32,000 nt of DNA from Candidatus Poseidoniaceae archaeon (lineage in GTDB: Archaea; Thermoplasmatota; Poseidoniia; Poseidoniales; Poseidoniaceae): contig CALSTM010000003.1 in the NCBI GenBank assembly GCA_943789275.1, forward strand, positions 570,001 to 602,000. Direction: 5' to 3'. A program made the translations under genes and the position numbers. Under the pieces are notes generated by a model. It worked only from the letters and a program-made list of their open reading frames with translations, made no database searches and was not told the origin of the DNA. Shown here piece after piece: positions 6,142-21,100 of the stretch (within the stretch, counting starts at the first letter, position 1; each line of letters starts with the position of its first letter).

Positions 6142-9100
6142 ATGCACGGTGCGGATGCTTTGCTCCCTCTAACATTAAAAGCGAACAAGACTGCCTCGAA
6201 TGGCTCGAACTCGCTAAAATCGGTGATTTTGTCGCTCTTGATGATTTCAATGTCCCTCTCAGCGGGAATTGTTCAATCAAGTCCTTCCCACGAGACTCTG
6301 GAAAAGTCTTCGAGCGAACTGAGCTTGTCGACAATTTCTGACTCCGTCTCATCAGGCCTTGCTGAACTGAGCAGCTTGTTGGGGTTGGTTGAAGATCAGC
6401 CAGCCGAACTTGAACAATCCAATGCTGATGCGATGTTGACTGGGGGTCGCTCCGTTCCTTCAGTATCGTATTCTCCCAGTACGTTCAACCTCGTTCGTAA
6501 CACAGCAATGAGCGACCAAACGCCCACCTCATCTGGGGGCACGGTAACTTCTTGGTCTATTTCGCCGACTCTTCCTTCAGGTATTTCGATTTCATCATCG
6601 ACGGGTACAATCTCCGGAACGCCGACTGTAATCAGCGCATCGACCTCCTACACTGTGACAGCAACCAACGGTGCCGGCAGCGATACTGCAACCATCACCA
6701 TCTCCGTTACCGATGCTTTGCCGGTTATCGTTTACTCTCCGAACACATTCACCGAGGCTGTGGGCACTGCAATGACGTCGGTCACACCGACATCGTACGC
6801 AGGTACGGTCGATTCTTACTCGATTTCTCCGTCGCTACCTCCGGGTTTGTCCTTGGATACCAGCACGGGTACCGTTAGCGGAACGCCAACTGCCGTCTCT
6901 TCATCAACATCCTACACCGTAACGGCGACCAACTCCGCAGGTACAGACACCGCCTCCCTCACTATTGTCGTCAATGACGTTGCACCAACTTCGATCAGTT
7001 ACTCTCCGAACACATTCACGTTAACGAAGGGGACATTGATTTCTACGGTCACGCCGACCTCAAGTGGAGGGGCTGTCACATCATGGACCATTTCACCGTC
7101 TCTTCCAGCAGGACTTTCTTTGGCCTCTTCCGATGGTGCAATCAGCGGAACACCGACTGAAGTGTCATCGTTACAAACTTACACCGTGACAGGTACGAAC
7201 ACTGGCGGGAGTGCTACTGCAGAGATCACGATTCAAGTCAATGATGTTGCTCCAATCATCGGTTACCCTACGACTTCTTACACCCTGGTCAAGGGTAGTG
7301 CCATGTCGAGCCCTGCAACACCTACCTCAACCGGTGGTACAGTTGTTACTTGGGATGTATCCCCTACCCTTCCATCAGGCCTCACTATTTCCAGTTCCAC
7401 TGGTGTTATTTCAGGAACACCCACAACCGTTACTTCTTCTGCAGTCTACACCGTTACTGCGACCAACACCGGAGGCACAGATACAGCAACTGTGACCATT
7501 CAAGTCAATGATGTACAGCCGCTTATCGGTTATTCTCCGAGCTCTATTTTGTTGTCAAAGGGTACGACGATGTCGCCTGCCAGTCCAACGTTGTACGGCC
7601 AAGGACAAGTAGACTCATGGTCCGTCTCACCTTCTCTCCCCGCTGGAATAAGTCTTGACTCATCAACTGGTATCATCACCGGGATGCCTACCACTATCAG
7701 TCCCTCCGCTACGTACACCATCACTGCAACGAACACCGGTGGTACCGATACTGCAACCCTCACCATTACCGTCAATGATGCTACACCTTCAATTGCATTC
7801 TCTACGAATTCATTTACCCTGACCAAAGGCACTGCGATGACAACTACTACTCCATCATCAACCGGAGGAGCAGTTGTCACATGGTCTATCTCTCCATCGC
7901 TCTCGGCGGGGCTCTCTTTTGATTCTTCGACAGGAACACTTTCTGGAACACCAACCGTGGTTTCAGCCTCTACAGTCTACACGATTACTGCAACCAACAC
8001 TGGCGGCAGTGATTCGGCTACCGTAACCATCGTTGTCAACGATATTGCTCCATCCGCTATAGCTTACAGCCCAAGTTCCTTCACCCTGACCAAGGATTCG
8101 GCTATGACTGCTGCCACACCTACCTCGAGCGGAGGTACAGTCGTCTCTTGGGCTGTTAGTCCATCGCTCCCAGCAGGTCTCTTATTGGATACCTCAACAG
8201 GTGAGATTTCTGGAACACCTACAGCCGTGACCTCTTCTGCCACCTACACCGTTACTGCAACCAACACCGGTGGCGATGCTACAACCACCGTGACCATCGT
8301 TGTCAACGACGTGATTCCATCTTCAGTTTCGTACAGCGACAGTCCGTTTACTTTGACGAAAGATTCCCTCATGACGGCTTCTACGCCAACATACAGCGGA
8401 GGGACAGTCATCTCTTGGGCTGTTTCTCCATCGCTCCCAGCAGGTCTTGCCTTCTCTACCTCGACCGGTGAAATTTCAGGTACTCCATCGGCCGTCACTT
8501 CTTCGGCAACCTATACCATTACGGCAACCAACACCGGTGGTGACGCTACGACCACCGTGACCATCGTTGTCAACGACATTATTCCATCTTCAGTTTCGTA
8601 CAGTGGCAGTCCGTTTACCTTGACGAAAGATTCCTTGATGACGGCATCTACACCAACTTACAGCGGCGGAACAGTCATCTCTTGGGCAGTTAATCCTTCG
8701 CTCCCAGCAGGTCTTGTTCTCGATACTTCTACCGGAGAAATTTCCGGAACGCCTACAGCCGTGACCTCTTCTGCAACCTACACCATTACAGCCTCCAACA
8801 CCGGTGGCAGCGCTACGACCACCGTGACCATCGTTGTCAACGACATCATCCCATCATCGGTTACTTACAGCCCGAATTCATTCACCCTGACCAAAGACAG
8901 CAGCATGACTGCTACTACACCAACCGCAAGTGGCGGTCCAGTCGTATCTTGGGCTGTTTCTCCATCGCTACCTGCTGGCATAGTCATCGATTCATCCACC
9001 GGTGAGATCAGCGGAACCCCAACAGCTGTGACCTCTTCGGCAACCTACACCATTACAGCCACCAACACCGGTGGTAGCGCTACGACCACTGTTACCATCG

Positions 9101-12100
9101 TTGTCAACGACATTATTCCATCATCGGTTGCCTACAGCCCGAATTCATTCACCCTGACTAAAGACAGCAGCATGACTGCAACTACGCCTACTTCGAGCGG
9201 CGGTCCAGTCGTTACTTGGACAGTCTCTCCAACGCTACCTGCTGGCATAGTCATCGATTCATCCACCGGTGAGATTTCTGGAACCCCTACAGCCGTCACT
9301 TCTTCGGCAACCTACACCATTACGGCCACCAACACCGGTGGTGACGCTACGACTACTGTTACCATCGTTGTCAACGACATCATCCCATCATCAGTTTCGT
9401 ACAGTGACAGTCCGTTTACCTTGACGAAGGGTACAACCATGACGGCCTCAACCCCGACCTCGAGTGGCGGTACCGTCATTTCCTGGGCTGTTTCTCCATC
9501 GCTCCCAGCAGGTCTTGCCTTCTCTACCTCGACCGGTGAAATTTCAGGTACTCCATCGGCCGTCACTTCTTCGGCAACCTATACCATTACGGCAACCAAC
9601 ACCGGTGGTGACGCTACGACAACCGTGACCATCGTTGTTAACGACGTGATTCCGTCTTCAGTCTCTTACAGCGGAAGTCCGTTCACATTGACCAAAGACT
9701 CGGCTATGACCGCAGCCACACCTACTTCCAGCGGCGGTACCGTTGTATCGTGGGCAGTCTCTCCTTCACTCCCTTCGGGCTTGGTTATCGATTCATCAAC
9801 CGGTGTGATCAGCGGAACACCTACAGCAATCACTGCTTCAGCAACCTATACCATTACAGCCACCAACACCGGTGGAGACGCTACGACAACCGTGACCATC
9901 GTTGTCAACGACATTATTCCATCTTCAGTTTCGTACAGTGGCAGTCCGTTTACCTTGACGAAGGGCACAACCATGACGGCTTCTACGCCTACATACAGCG
10001 GCGGAACAGTCATCTCTTGGGCAGTTAATCCTTCGCTCCCAGCAGGTCTTGTTCTCGATACTTCTACCGGTGAAATTTCAGGTACTCCATCGGCCGTCAC
10101 TTCTTCGGCAACCTACACCATTACTGCAACAAACACCGGTGGAGACGCTACGACCACCGTGACCATCGTTGTCAACGACATCATCCCATCATCGGTTACT
10201 TACAGCCCGAATTCATTCACCTTGACCAAAGACAGCAGCATGACTGCTACTACGCCTACTTCGAGCGGCGGTCCAGTCGTATCTTGGGCTGTTTCTCCAT
10301 CGCTCCCAGCAGGTCTTGTTCTCGATACTTCAACCGGTGAGATTTCTGGAACACCTACAGCCGTCGCCTCTTCTGCGACTTACACCATTACGGCCACCAA
10401 CACCGGTGGTGACGCTACGACCACTGTTACCATCGTTGTCAACGACATCATCCCATCATCAGTTTCGTACAGTGACAGTCCGTTTACCTTGACGAAGGGT
10501 ACAACCATGACGGCCTCAACCCCGACCTCGAGTGGCGGTACCGTCATTTCCTGGGCTGTTTCTCCATCGCTCCCAGCAGGTCTTGCCTTCTCTACCTCGA
10601 CCGGTGAAATTTCAGGTACTCCATCGGCCGTCACTTCTTCGGCAACCTATACCATTACGGCAACCAACACCGGTGGTGACGCTACGACCACCGTGACCAT
10701 CGTTGTTAACGACGTGATTCCGTCTTCAGTCTCTTACAGCGGAAGTCCGTTCACATTGACCAAAGACTCGGCTATGACCGCAGCCACACCTACTTCCAGC
10801 GGCGGTACCGTTGTATCGTGGGCAGTCTCTCCTTCACTCCCTGCGGGCTTGGTTATCGATTCATCAACCGGTGTGATCAGCGGAACCCCAACAGCTGTTA
10901 CCTCTTCTGCGACTTACACCGTTACTGCAACCAACACCGGTGGAAGTTCGACTGCAACTGTCACCATCGTTGTCAACGATGTGATTCCATCTTCAGTTTC
11001 GTACAGCGACAGTCCGTTTACTTTGACGAAAGATTCCCTCATGACGGCTTCTACGCCAACATACAGCGGAGGGACAGTCATCTCTTGGGCTGTTTCTCCA
11101 TCGCTCCCAGCAGGTCTTGCCTTCTCTACCTCGACCGGTGAAATTTCAGGTACTCCATCGGCCGTCACTTCTTCGGCAACCTATACCATTACTGCAACAA
11201 ACACCGGTGGAGACGCTACGACTACCGTGACCATCGTTGTCAACGACATCATCCCATCATCGGTTACTTACAGCCCGAATTCATTCACCTTGACCAAAGA
11301 CTCCGTTATGTCTGCAACAACACCAACCTACAACGGCGGTACAGTCGTCTCTTGGGCAGTTAATCCATCGCTCCCTGCAGGTCTTGCTTTCTCTACTTCA
11401 ACCGGTGAAATTTCTGGAACACCTACATCCGTGACCTCTTCTGCGACCTACACCGTTACCGCAACCAACACCGGTGGTAGTGCGACCACCACCGTGACCA
11501 TCGTTGTCAACGACATCATCCCATCATCGGTTACTTACAGCCCGAATTCATTCACCTTAACCAAAGACTCCGTTATGTCTGCAACAACACCAACCTACAA
11601 CGGCGGTACAGTCGTCTCTTGGGCAGTTAATCCATCGCTCCCAGCAGGTCTTGCTTTCTCTACTTCAACCGGTGAAATTTCTGGAACACCTACATCCGTG
11701 ACCTCTTCTGCGACCTACACCGTTACCGCAACCAACACCGGTGGTAGTGCGACCACCACCGTGACCATCGTTGTCAACGACATCATCCCATCATCGGTTA
11801 CTTACAGCCCGAATTCATTCACCTTAACCAAAGACTCCGTTATGTCTGCATCGACACCAACCTACAACGGCGGTACAGTCATTTCCTGGGCTGTTTCTCC
11901 ATCGCTCCCAGCAGGTCTTGCCTTCTCGACCTCAACCGGTGAGATTTCAGGAACGCCTACAGCCGTGACCTCTTCTGCTACCTACACGGTGACAGCAACC
12001 AACACCGGTGGTGATGCTACGACCACCGTGACCATCGTTGTCAACGACATTATTCCGTCATCGGTTGCCTACAGCCCGAATTCATTCACCCTGACCAAAG

Positions 12101-15100
12101 ACAGCAGCATGACTGCCACTACACCAACCGCAAGTGGCGGTCCCGTCGTTACTTGGACAGTCTCTCCAACGCTACCTGCTGGCATAGTCATCGATTCATC
12201 CACCGGTGAACTTTCTGGTACGCCTACTGCAGTCACCTCCTCTGCAACCTACACCATCACCGCAACCAACACCGGTGGCAGCGCTACGACCACCGTGACC
12301 ATCGTTGTCAACGACATCATCCCATCTTCAGTTTCGTACAGTGACAGTCCGTTTACCTTGACGAAAGATTCCTTGATGACGGCATCTACACCAACTTACA
12401 GCGGTGGAACGGTCATCTCTTGGGCTATTGATTCAACGCTTCCAGCAGGTCTTGCTTTCTCGACTTCGACCGGTGAAATTTCAGGTACTCCATCGGCCGT
12501 CACTTCTTCGGCAACCTACACTATTACAGCCACCAACACCGGTGGCAGCGCTACGACCACCGTGACCATCGTTGTCAACGACATCATCCCATCATCGGTT
12601 GCCTACAGCCCGAATTCATTCACCCTGACCAAAGACAGCAGCATGACTGCTACTACACCAACCGCAAGTGGCGGTCCCGTCGTTACTTGGACAGTCTCTC
12701 CAACGCTACCTGCTGGCATAGTCATCGATTCATCGACCGGTGAGATCAGCGGAACCCCAACAGCTGTGACCTCTTCTGCGACTTACACCGTTACCGCAAC
12801 CAACACCGGTGGTAGCGCTACGACCACTGTTACCATCGTTGTCAACGACATTATTCCATCATCGGTTGCCTACAGCCCGAATTCATTCACCCTGACTAAA
12901 GACAGCAGCATGACTGCAACTACGCCTACTTCGAGCGGCGGTCCAGTCGTATCTTGGGCTGTTTCTCCATCGCTACCTGCTGGCATAGTCATCGATTCAT
13001 CCACCGGTGAGATTTCTGGAACCCCTACAGCCGTCACTTCTTCTGCGACTTACACCATTACGGCAACCAACACCGGTGGTGACGCTACGACAACCGTGAC
13101 CATCGTTGTTAACGACGTGATTCCGTCTTCAGTCTCTTACAGCGGAAGTCCGTTCACATTGACCAAAGACTCGGCTATGACCGCAGCCACACCTACTTCG
13201 AGCGGCGGTACGGTTGTATCGTGGGCAGTCTCTCCTTCACTCCCTGCGGGCTTGGTTATCGATTCATCAACCGGTGTGATCAGCGGAACGCCTACAGCAA
13301 TCACCGCTTCAGCAACCTACACCATTACCGCAACCAACACCGGTGGCGATGCTACGACAACCGTGATGATTGTCGTCAATGATGTTGCTCCATCATCCAT
13401 TACCTACAGTCCAAGTTCTCTCTCACTGAACAAAGATTTGACGATGACTGCAGCCACTCCTACTTCGAGTGGAGGGGCAGTCGTCTCTTGGACGATATCT
13501 CCAACGCTCCCAGCAGGTCTGTCCTTCGATGCTTCAACGGGTACAATTTCTGGAACCCCGACAACAATCACATCCTCTGCCGCATACACTGTAACGGCCA
13601 CCAACACTGGTGGAAGTGCTACTGCAACAATCACCATTGTGGTCAATGATGCGGCCCCTTCTTCCATCACTTACAACCCAAGTTCTTTCACTTTAACGAA
13701 AGGCACCGCTATGACCTCAGTTACCCCGACTTCAAGCGGTGGAACTGTTACAACTTGGTCTGTTTCTCCGCCCCTTCCAAGCGGCATTAGCATCGATTCA
13801 TCGACTGGCCAAATCAGTGGAACTCCAACTGCAGTTGTCTCTTCAGCAGCATATACTGTCACGGCAACCAATGCCGGCGGAAGTGATACTGCAACCGTAA
13901 CCATCGTTGTCAACGATGTGGCACCATCTTCGATCTTCTACAGCGGAAACCCGTTCACCCTGACCAAAGATTCTACCATGCCATCAGCCACACCTTCCTC
14001 TTTTGGAGGCACGGTCATCTCTTGGTCCATATCACCAACTCTACCTGCTGGTCTGGTAATTGACGCCTCAACTGGTGTCATTTCAGGAACACCTACTGCA
14101 GTCACATCATCTGCTACCTACACGGTGACTGCAACCAATTCTGGAGGTAGTGATTCGACCACTATTACCGTTCAGGTGAACGATGTCATCCCTTCATCTG
14201 TTTCATACAGCGGAAGTCCATTCACACTAACTAAAGACGCTGCAATGGCTCCAGCAGCACCAACTGCGAGCGGCGGCACAGTCATCACTTGGGCAGTATC
14301 CCCATCGCTTCCAGCAGGCCTCTCCTTGAGCACCTCGACCGGTGTAATCTCCGGTACACCAACCGCAATCACTTCCTCTGCTACCTACACGGTGACAGCA
14401 ACCAACAGCGGTGGTAGTGCGACTGCTACGATCACCGTTGTCGTCAACGATGTCATCCCTTCTTCGATTACGTACAGTCCAAGTTCGTTCACGCTGACCA
14501 AGGATTCTGCAATGACCGCAGTCACACCTTCTTCAAACGGTGGAACTGTTGAGACGTGGTCCGTCTCTCCATCACTGCCAGCAGGTCTTGCCTTCTCTAC
14601 CTCGACCGGTGAAATCAGCGGAACGCCGACAGCAGTCACTTCCTCTGCGAGCTATACCGTTACAGCAACCAACACCGGTGGCAGTGCAACCACTACCGTG
14701 ACAGTTGTTGTTAACGACATCATTCCATCTTCAGTTGCCTACAGTCCAAGTTCGTTCACGCTGACCAAGGATTCTGCGATGACTACGGCAACTCCGACTT
14801 CGAACGGTGGCACAGTAATTTCCTGGGCGATTTCACCTGCAGTTCCAGCAGGTCTGGCTTTCTCGACTTCAACCGGTGCTATTTCTGGAACACCAACTGA
14901 GATTACTGCATCTGCAACATACACAGTTACAGCAACCAACACCGGTGGTAGCGCAACGACCACTGTGGTCATTGTGGTCAACGATGTAGCACCGTCTTCG
15001 GTCTTCTACAGCGGAAGCCCGTTCACCTTGACCAAAAATTCTGCAATGACATCGGCTACACCTTCCGCCTTCGGTGGTACTGTCGTCTCTTGGTCGGTCT

Positions 15101-18100
15101 CACCATCGCTGCCTGCTGGTCTATCTTTTGATACATCATCCGGTACGATTTCAGGCACCCCGGCAGCGGTAACAGCATCAGCAACATACACAGTGACTGC
15201 AACCAACACCGGTGGTAGCGATTCTGCGACTATCACGATTCAGGTCAACGATGTGGCCCCTTCCTCTGTATCCTACAGCGGAAGTCCATTCACCTTGACC
15301 AAGGATACGACTATGGCTCCATCTGCACCAACCGTGAGCGGTGGCACAGTCATCACTTGGGCAGTATCCCCATCGCTTCCAGCAGGACTCTCCCTGAGCA
15401 CCTCTACTGGTGTAATTTCTGGAACGCCAACAGCGATCACTGCATCAGCATCCTATACCGTGACTGCAACCAACACCGGAGGTAGTACTACTGCTACAAT
15501 CACTGTTATCGTCAACGATGTTGCTCCTTCATCGGTCACCTACAGCCCGAGTTCGCTCACTTTGACCAAAGACCAAGCAATGTCCGCTGCAACGCCTACT
15601 TCAAGCGGTGGTGCTGTCGTCACATGGGCAATTACTCCATCTCTTCCGACAGGACTTGCCTTCTCGACATCAACAGGTACGATTTCTGGAACACCAACTG
15701 CGTTATCTTCTTCGGCGACATATACCGTGACTGCAACCAACACCGGTGGTAGTGCAACCGCCACATTGACGATTGAGGTAAACATCGCTGCTCCAACTTC
15801 AGTTACCTACAGCCCGAGTTCCTTTACACTCACCAAAGATGTCGCCATGACAACGGTCACGCCGACTGCCAGTGGTGGAACCATCACATCGTGGTCTATT
15901 TCTCCAACGCTTCCAGCAGGTCTGTCCTTTGACACTTCGAACGGTGCAGTGAGTGGTACGCCAACAGCTGTTTCTTCCTCTGCAACCTACACCGTGACAG
16001 CAACCAACGCAGGTGGCAGCGGAACCGCAACACTGACCTTCCAGGTCAACGATGTAGCACCGTCTTCTATTGCCTACAGTCCAAGTTCAATCTCGTTAAG
16101 CAAAGACTCGCCTATGACTGCAGTTACCCCAACTGCGAGTGGCGGTGCAGTCGTTTCTTGGTCGATCTCACCAACACTCCCGGCAGGTCTGTCCTTCGAT
16201 ACTTCAACGGGTACAATTTCTGGAACCCCAACAGCAATCACTGCTTCAGCAATTTATACCGTTATTGCAACCAACTCCGGAGGCAGTGCTTCGTCTACAG
16301 TGACCATCGTGGTCAACGATGCAGCACCATCTTCAGTATCGTACAGTCCGAGTTCCTTTACCTTGACAATTAACAACGCCATGACATCGGTTACTCCAAC
16401 TGCGAGCGGTGGAACCGTCACTTCTTGGACGATATCCCCTACGCTCTCATCGGGTCTCTCTTTCGACACATCAACTGGAACCATCAGTGGAACTCCAACA
16501 GCGGTGTCCTCGTCCACGGTTTACACTATCACGGCTACGAACGCCGGTGGAAGCGGTACTGCTACCGTAACGATTCAAGTGAACGATGTAGCTCCTTCGG
16601 GAATTACTTACACTCCAAATTCGTTCACACTTGCGAAAGATTCTGCTATGACAACAGTTACTCCAACTTCGACCGGCGGTACTGTCGTATCATGGTCTGT
16701 CTCACCAACGCTTCCTGCCGGTTTGTCTCTTGACACATCCACTGGAGCCATTTCAGGTACTCCAACGGCAATTTCTTCCAGTGCGACATACACAGTCACT
16801 GCGACCAACAGCGGTGGAAGCGCAACGGCAACAGTGACGATTCAAGTCACGGTAGCTGCGCCTTCTTCAATCGCCTACAGTACGAGTTCATTCACCTTGA
16901 CGAAAGATGTCGCAATAACAGCCGTCACACCTACGTCAAGCGGTGGAACGGTTTCTTCATGGTCGATTTCTCCAACACTTCCTGCAGGTCTTGCTTTCTC
17001 GACGACAGACGGAACAGTTTCAGGAACACCGACCGCGATTTCCGCATTAACCTCATACACAGTGACTGCCACCAATCAAGGTGGTAGCAGTACTGCCACA
17101 TTGACGGTTCAAGTGAACGATGTTGCACCATCTTCTATTGCCTACAGTCCAAGTTTCCTCACATTGACAAAGGACACTCCAATGGTGACTGCAACGCCAA
17201 CATCGAGCGGAGGAACTGTTACATCATGGTCGATTTCGGCAACACTTCCTGCGGGCCTTTCACTGGATGCATCAACCGGTGGAATTTCTGGAACGCCAAC
17301 AGCAACCTCTTCTGCGGTAACATACACGGTAACAGCGACCAACACAGGAGGCAGTTCTACCACTACAGTTACGATTTTGGTTAACGATGCGGCCCCAACC
17401 TCAGTTTCCTACAGTCCAAGTTCATCGATCTTGACAAAGGGTAACGCTATGACCTCCGTCACTCCGACATCGAGCGGCGGTACCGTTACTTCATGGGCAA
17501 TTACTCCATCCCTTCCGGCAGGTTTGTCTTTCTCGACTTCGACCGGTGCGATTGGTGGAACGCCTCAAGCAGTATCCGCCTCGACAACATATACCGTTAC
17601 CGCATCCAACGCCGGTGGCAGCGATACGACAACCGTAACAATCCAGGTCAATGATGTCGCTCCATACTCAGTTTCGTACAGCGGTACACCGTTTACTCTG
17701 ACCAAAGGTTCTGCAATGACCACCGCCACGCCATCTGCAAGCGGTGGTGCTGTTGATTCATGGTCGGTTACACCTCAGCTCCCGGCTGGTCTAACTTTGG
17801 ACACCTCGACCGGTACGATTTCCGGTACGCCTGCAGCAGTAACTTCCTCTGCCAGCTACACCGTCACCGCAACCAACACCGGTGGTAGTTCTACTGCAAG
17901 TGTAACCATTGTTGTCAACGATGTCATTCCTTCATCAATTACGTACAGTGGAAATCCGTTTACTCTGACCAAGGGCTCTCTGATGACTGCGGACACTCCA
18001 ACATCGAGCGGTGGCACTGTTGTTTCATGGTCCGTTTCACCAACGTTGCCTGCTGGACTTTCCTTTGACACCTCGACTGGTACTATTTCTGGAACGCCAA

Positions 18101-21100
18101 ACGCAATCACTGCATCTGCTACATACACCGTTACCGCAACCAATACTGGCGGTAGTGCAACCGCTACGCTGACGATTATTGTCAACGACGCACCACCATC
18201 TTCAGTAGCCTACAGCAGCAGTCCATTCACTTTGACGAAAGATGTTGCAATGACAACGGCCACTCCAACTTCGAGTGGAGGTAGTGTTGACTCATGGTCG
18301 ATTACACCAACCCTCCCTGCTGGCTTATCGTTCGATACTTCGACTGGAGCCATCTCCGGAACCCCAACAGCAATCACATCCTCTGCCACCTACACTGTAA
18401 CTGCTACTAATGAAGGCGGTAGTGCAACCGCTACGGTGACGATTATCGTCAACGATGCCGCCCCATCGTCACTCACATACAATCCAAGTTCATTCAACTT
18501 AGCGAAAGGTACTGCAATGACCACCGTTACTCCAACATCGAGCGGTGGAGCGATCACCTCCTGGACGATTTCATCAACGCTCCCAGCAGGTCTTTCCTTC
18601 GACACTTCGACTGGAGCAATTTCCGGCACACCAACAGCAATTACTGCTTATGCTTCTTACACCATTACTGCAAGCAACACGGGCGGTAGTGATACTGCGA
18701 CAGTGACGATTATTGTCAACGATGCAGCACCGTCTTCCATCACGTACAGTGGTAGTCCGTTTTCCTTGACCAAGGGAGTTGCCATGACCTCGGCTACACC
18801 AACAGCAAGCGGTGGAGCCGTTACTTTCTGGTCGATTTCCCCAACACTTCCAACCGGTCTGTCTTTCGATACTTCGAATGGAACGATCAGCGGAACACCG
18901 GCTGACGTCTCTTCTTCTGCAACCTACACGGTTACAGCAACCAACGCCGGTGGCAGCGATACAGCATCAGTATCGATTCAAGTGAACGATATAGCACCGT
19001 CTTCAGTCGCTTACAGTCCAAGTTTCCTCACATTGACAAAGGATACTCCAATGACGACCTCAACACCGACCTCGAGCGGCGGTACCGTCGTTTCATGGTC
19101 TATCTCCCCATCGCTCACAGCAGGACTTTCCATTGACAGTTCAACTGGAGCGATTTCTGGAACGCCAACCGTAACATCTACCGCAACCACATACACGGTT
19201 ACAGCGACCAATTCCGGTGGCGGTGCTACGACAACAGTAACAATTCTTGTCAACGATGCCGCTCCTTCATCTGTGACATACAGTCCAAGTTCTCACACCT
19301 TGACAAAGGATGTAGCCATGACAACCGTAACCCCAACCGCAAGTGGAGGCGCCGTTACTTCTTGGACAATCTCTCCATCACTCCCAGCAGGTTTGAGTAT
19401 CGATTCATCAACTGGGGCTATCAGTGGAACGCCAACTGCTGTCACTCCTACCACGATCTTCACCGTTTCTGCAACCAATGCCGGTGGCACTGGTACGACA
19501 ACAGTTACGATCCAGGTCAACGATGTAGCGCCTTACGCTGTATCCTACACCGGTACTCCTTTCACTCTGACCAAGGGGTCTGCCATGACAACTACGACTC
19601 CGACCGCTAGCGGCGGTGCTGTTGATTCTTGGTCGATAACACCTGCTCTTCCATCGGGCCTATCCATGGATACGTCAACAGGTGCGCTTTCCGGAACCCC
19701 AATGGTGGTCATTTCTTCCACGACTTATACAATTACCGCCACGAACACCGGCGGTAGTGTTTCCACAACGGTAACTTTTGTTGTCAATGATGTCACTCCT
19801 TCATCAATCGCATACAGCGGTAATCCGTTTACCCTGACCAAAGACATCGCCATGACTGCATCGACGCCTACTTCCAGTGGTGGCGATGTTGTAACTTGGC
19901 AAGTTTCGCCAAGTCTTCCAACAGGTCTCATCTTTGACACTTCGACCGGTGAAATTTCCGGAACGCCGACTGTGATCACGTCTTCTGCAGCATATACCGT
20001 GACAGCCACCAATACGGGTGGTAGTGCAACAACAACAGTGACCATCGTTGTTAACGATGCAGCACCTTCGTCTGTTGCCTTCAGTGGAAACCCATTCTCA
20101 TTGACGAAAGATGTCACCATGACGACAGCTACTCCAACCGCCAGCGGCGGTGCAATCACCTCCTGGTCGGTTACTCCTACGCTCCCAGCAGGCTTGTCTT
20201 TTGACACTTCAACAGGGGCGATTTCCGGAACGCCGACAGCAATCACATCTTCTGCCGCTTACACGGTAACTGCAGTCAACACAGGCGGTAGCGATTCGGT
20301 CACAATTACGATTGAAGTGAACGATGTTATACCTTCATCAATTACCTACAATCCAACTTCCTTCACTTTAATCAAAGACTCGGCAATGACATCAGTGACT
20401 CCAACATCAAGTGGCGGTGCTGTCACTTCATGGACGGTATCTCCATCGCTCCCGGCAGGTCTCTCTCTTGATTCTTCGACAGGAGAAATTTCAGGAACGC
20501 CAACGGCGATTACGGCTTACGGAACGTACACAATTACTGCAAGCAATACGGGTGGCAGTGCAACGGCATCGGTCACGATTCTGGTCAACGACGCAGCTCC
20601 ATCTTCGCTTGCGTACAGTGCCAGTCCGTTCACGTTGACGAAAGGCTCCGCAATGACATCCGCTACACCAACCTTCAGCGGTGGAACTCCAACATTCTGG
20701 GCGATCTCCCCAACGCTCCCAGCTGGTCTTGCGTTCGACACATCAACAGGTACTATATCCGGAACACCAACCGCAGTATCTTCCTCTGCAACATATACGC
20801 TAACTGCGACCAACGCCGGTGGCAGTGACAGTACAACGTTTACCCTACAAGTTAACGACATACCTCCATCGTCGGTATCCTACAGTCAGAGTTTCTTCTC
20901 TTTGGCAAACGGTACGACGATGACTGATGAAACACCATCTACAACAGGTGGAACCGTCACCTCTTGGACGATTTCTCCTGCGCTTCCAGCAGGTCTAACC
21001 TTGTCAGCCACAACAGGTGTCATCTCAGGTACGCCTACGACGACATCCTCTGCAACAACTTACACCGTAACAGCGACCAATTCCGGTGGTGGCGCTACGA

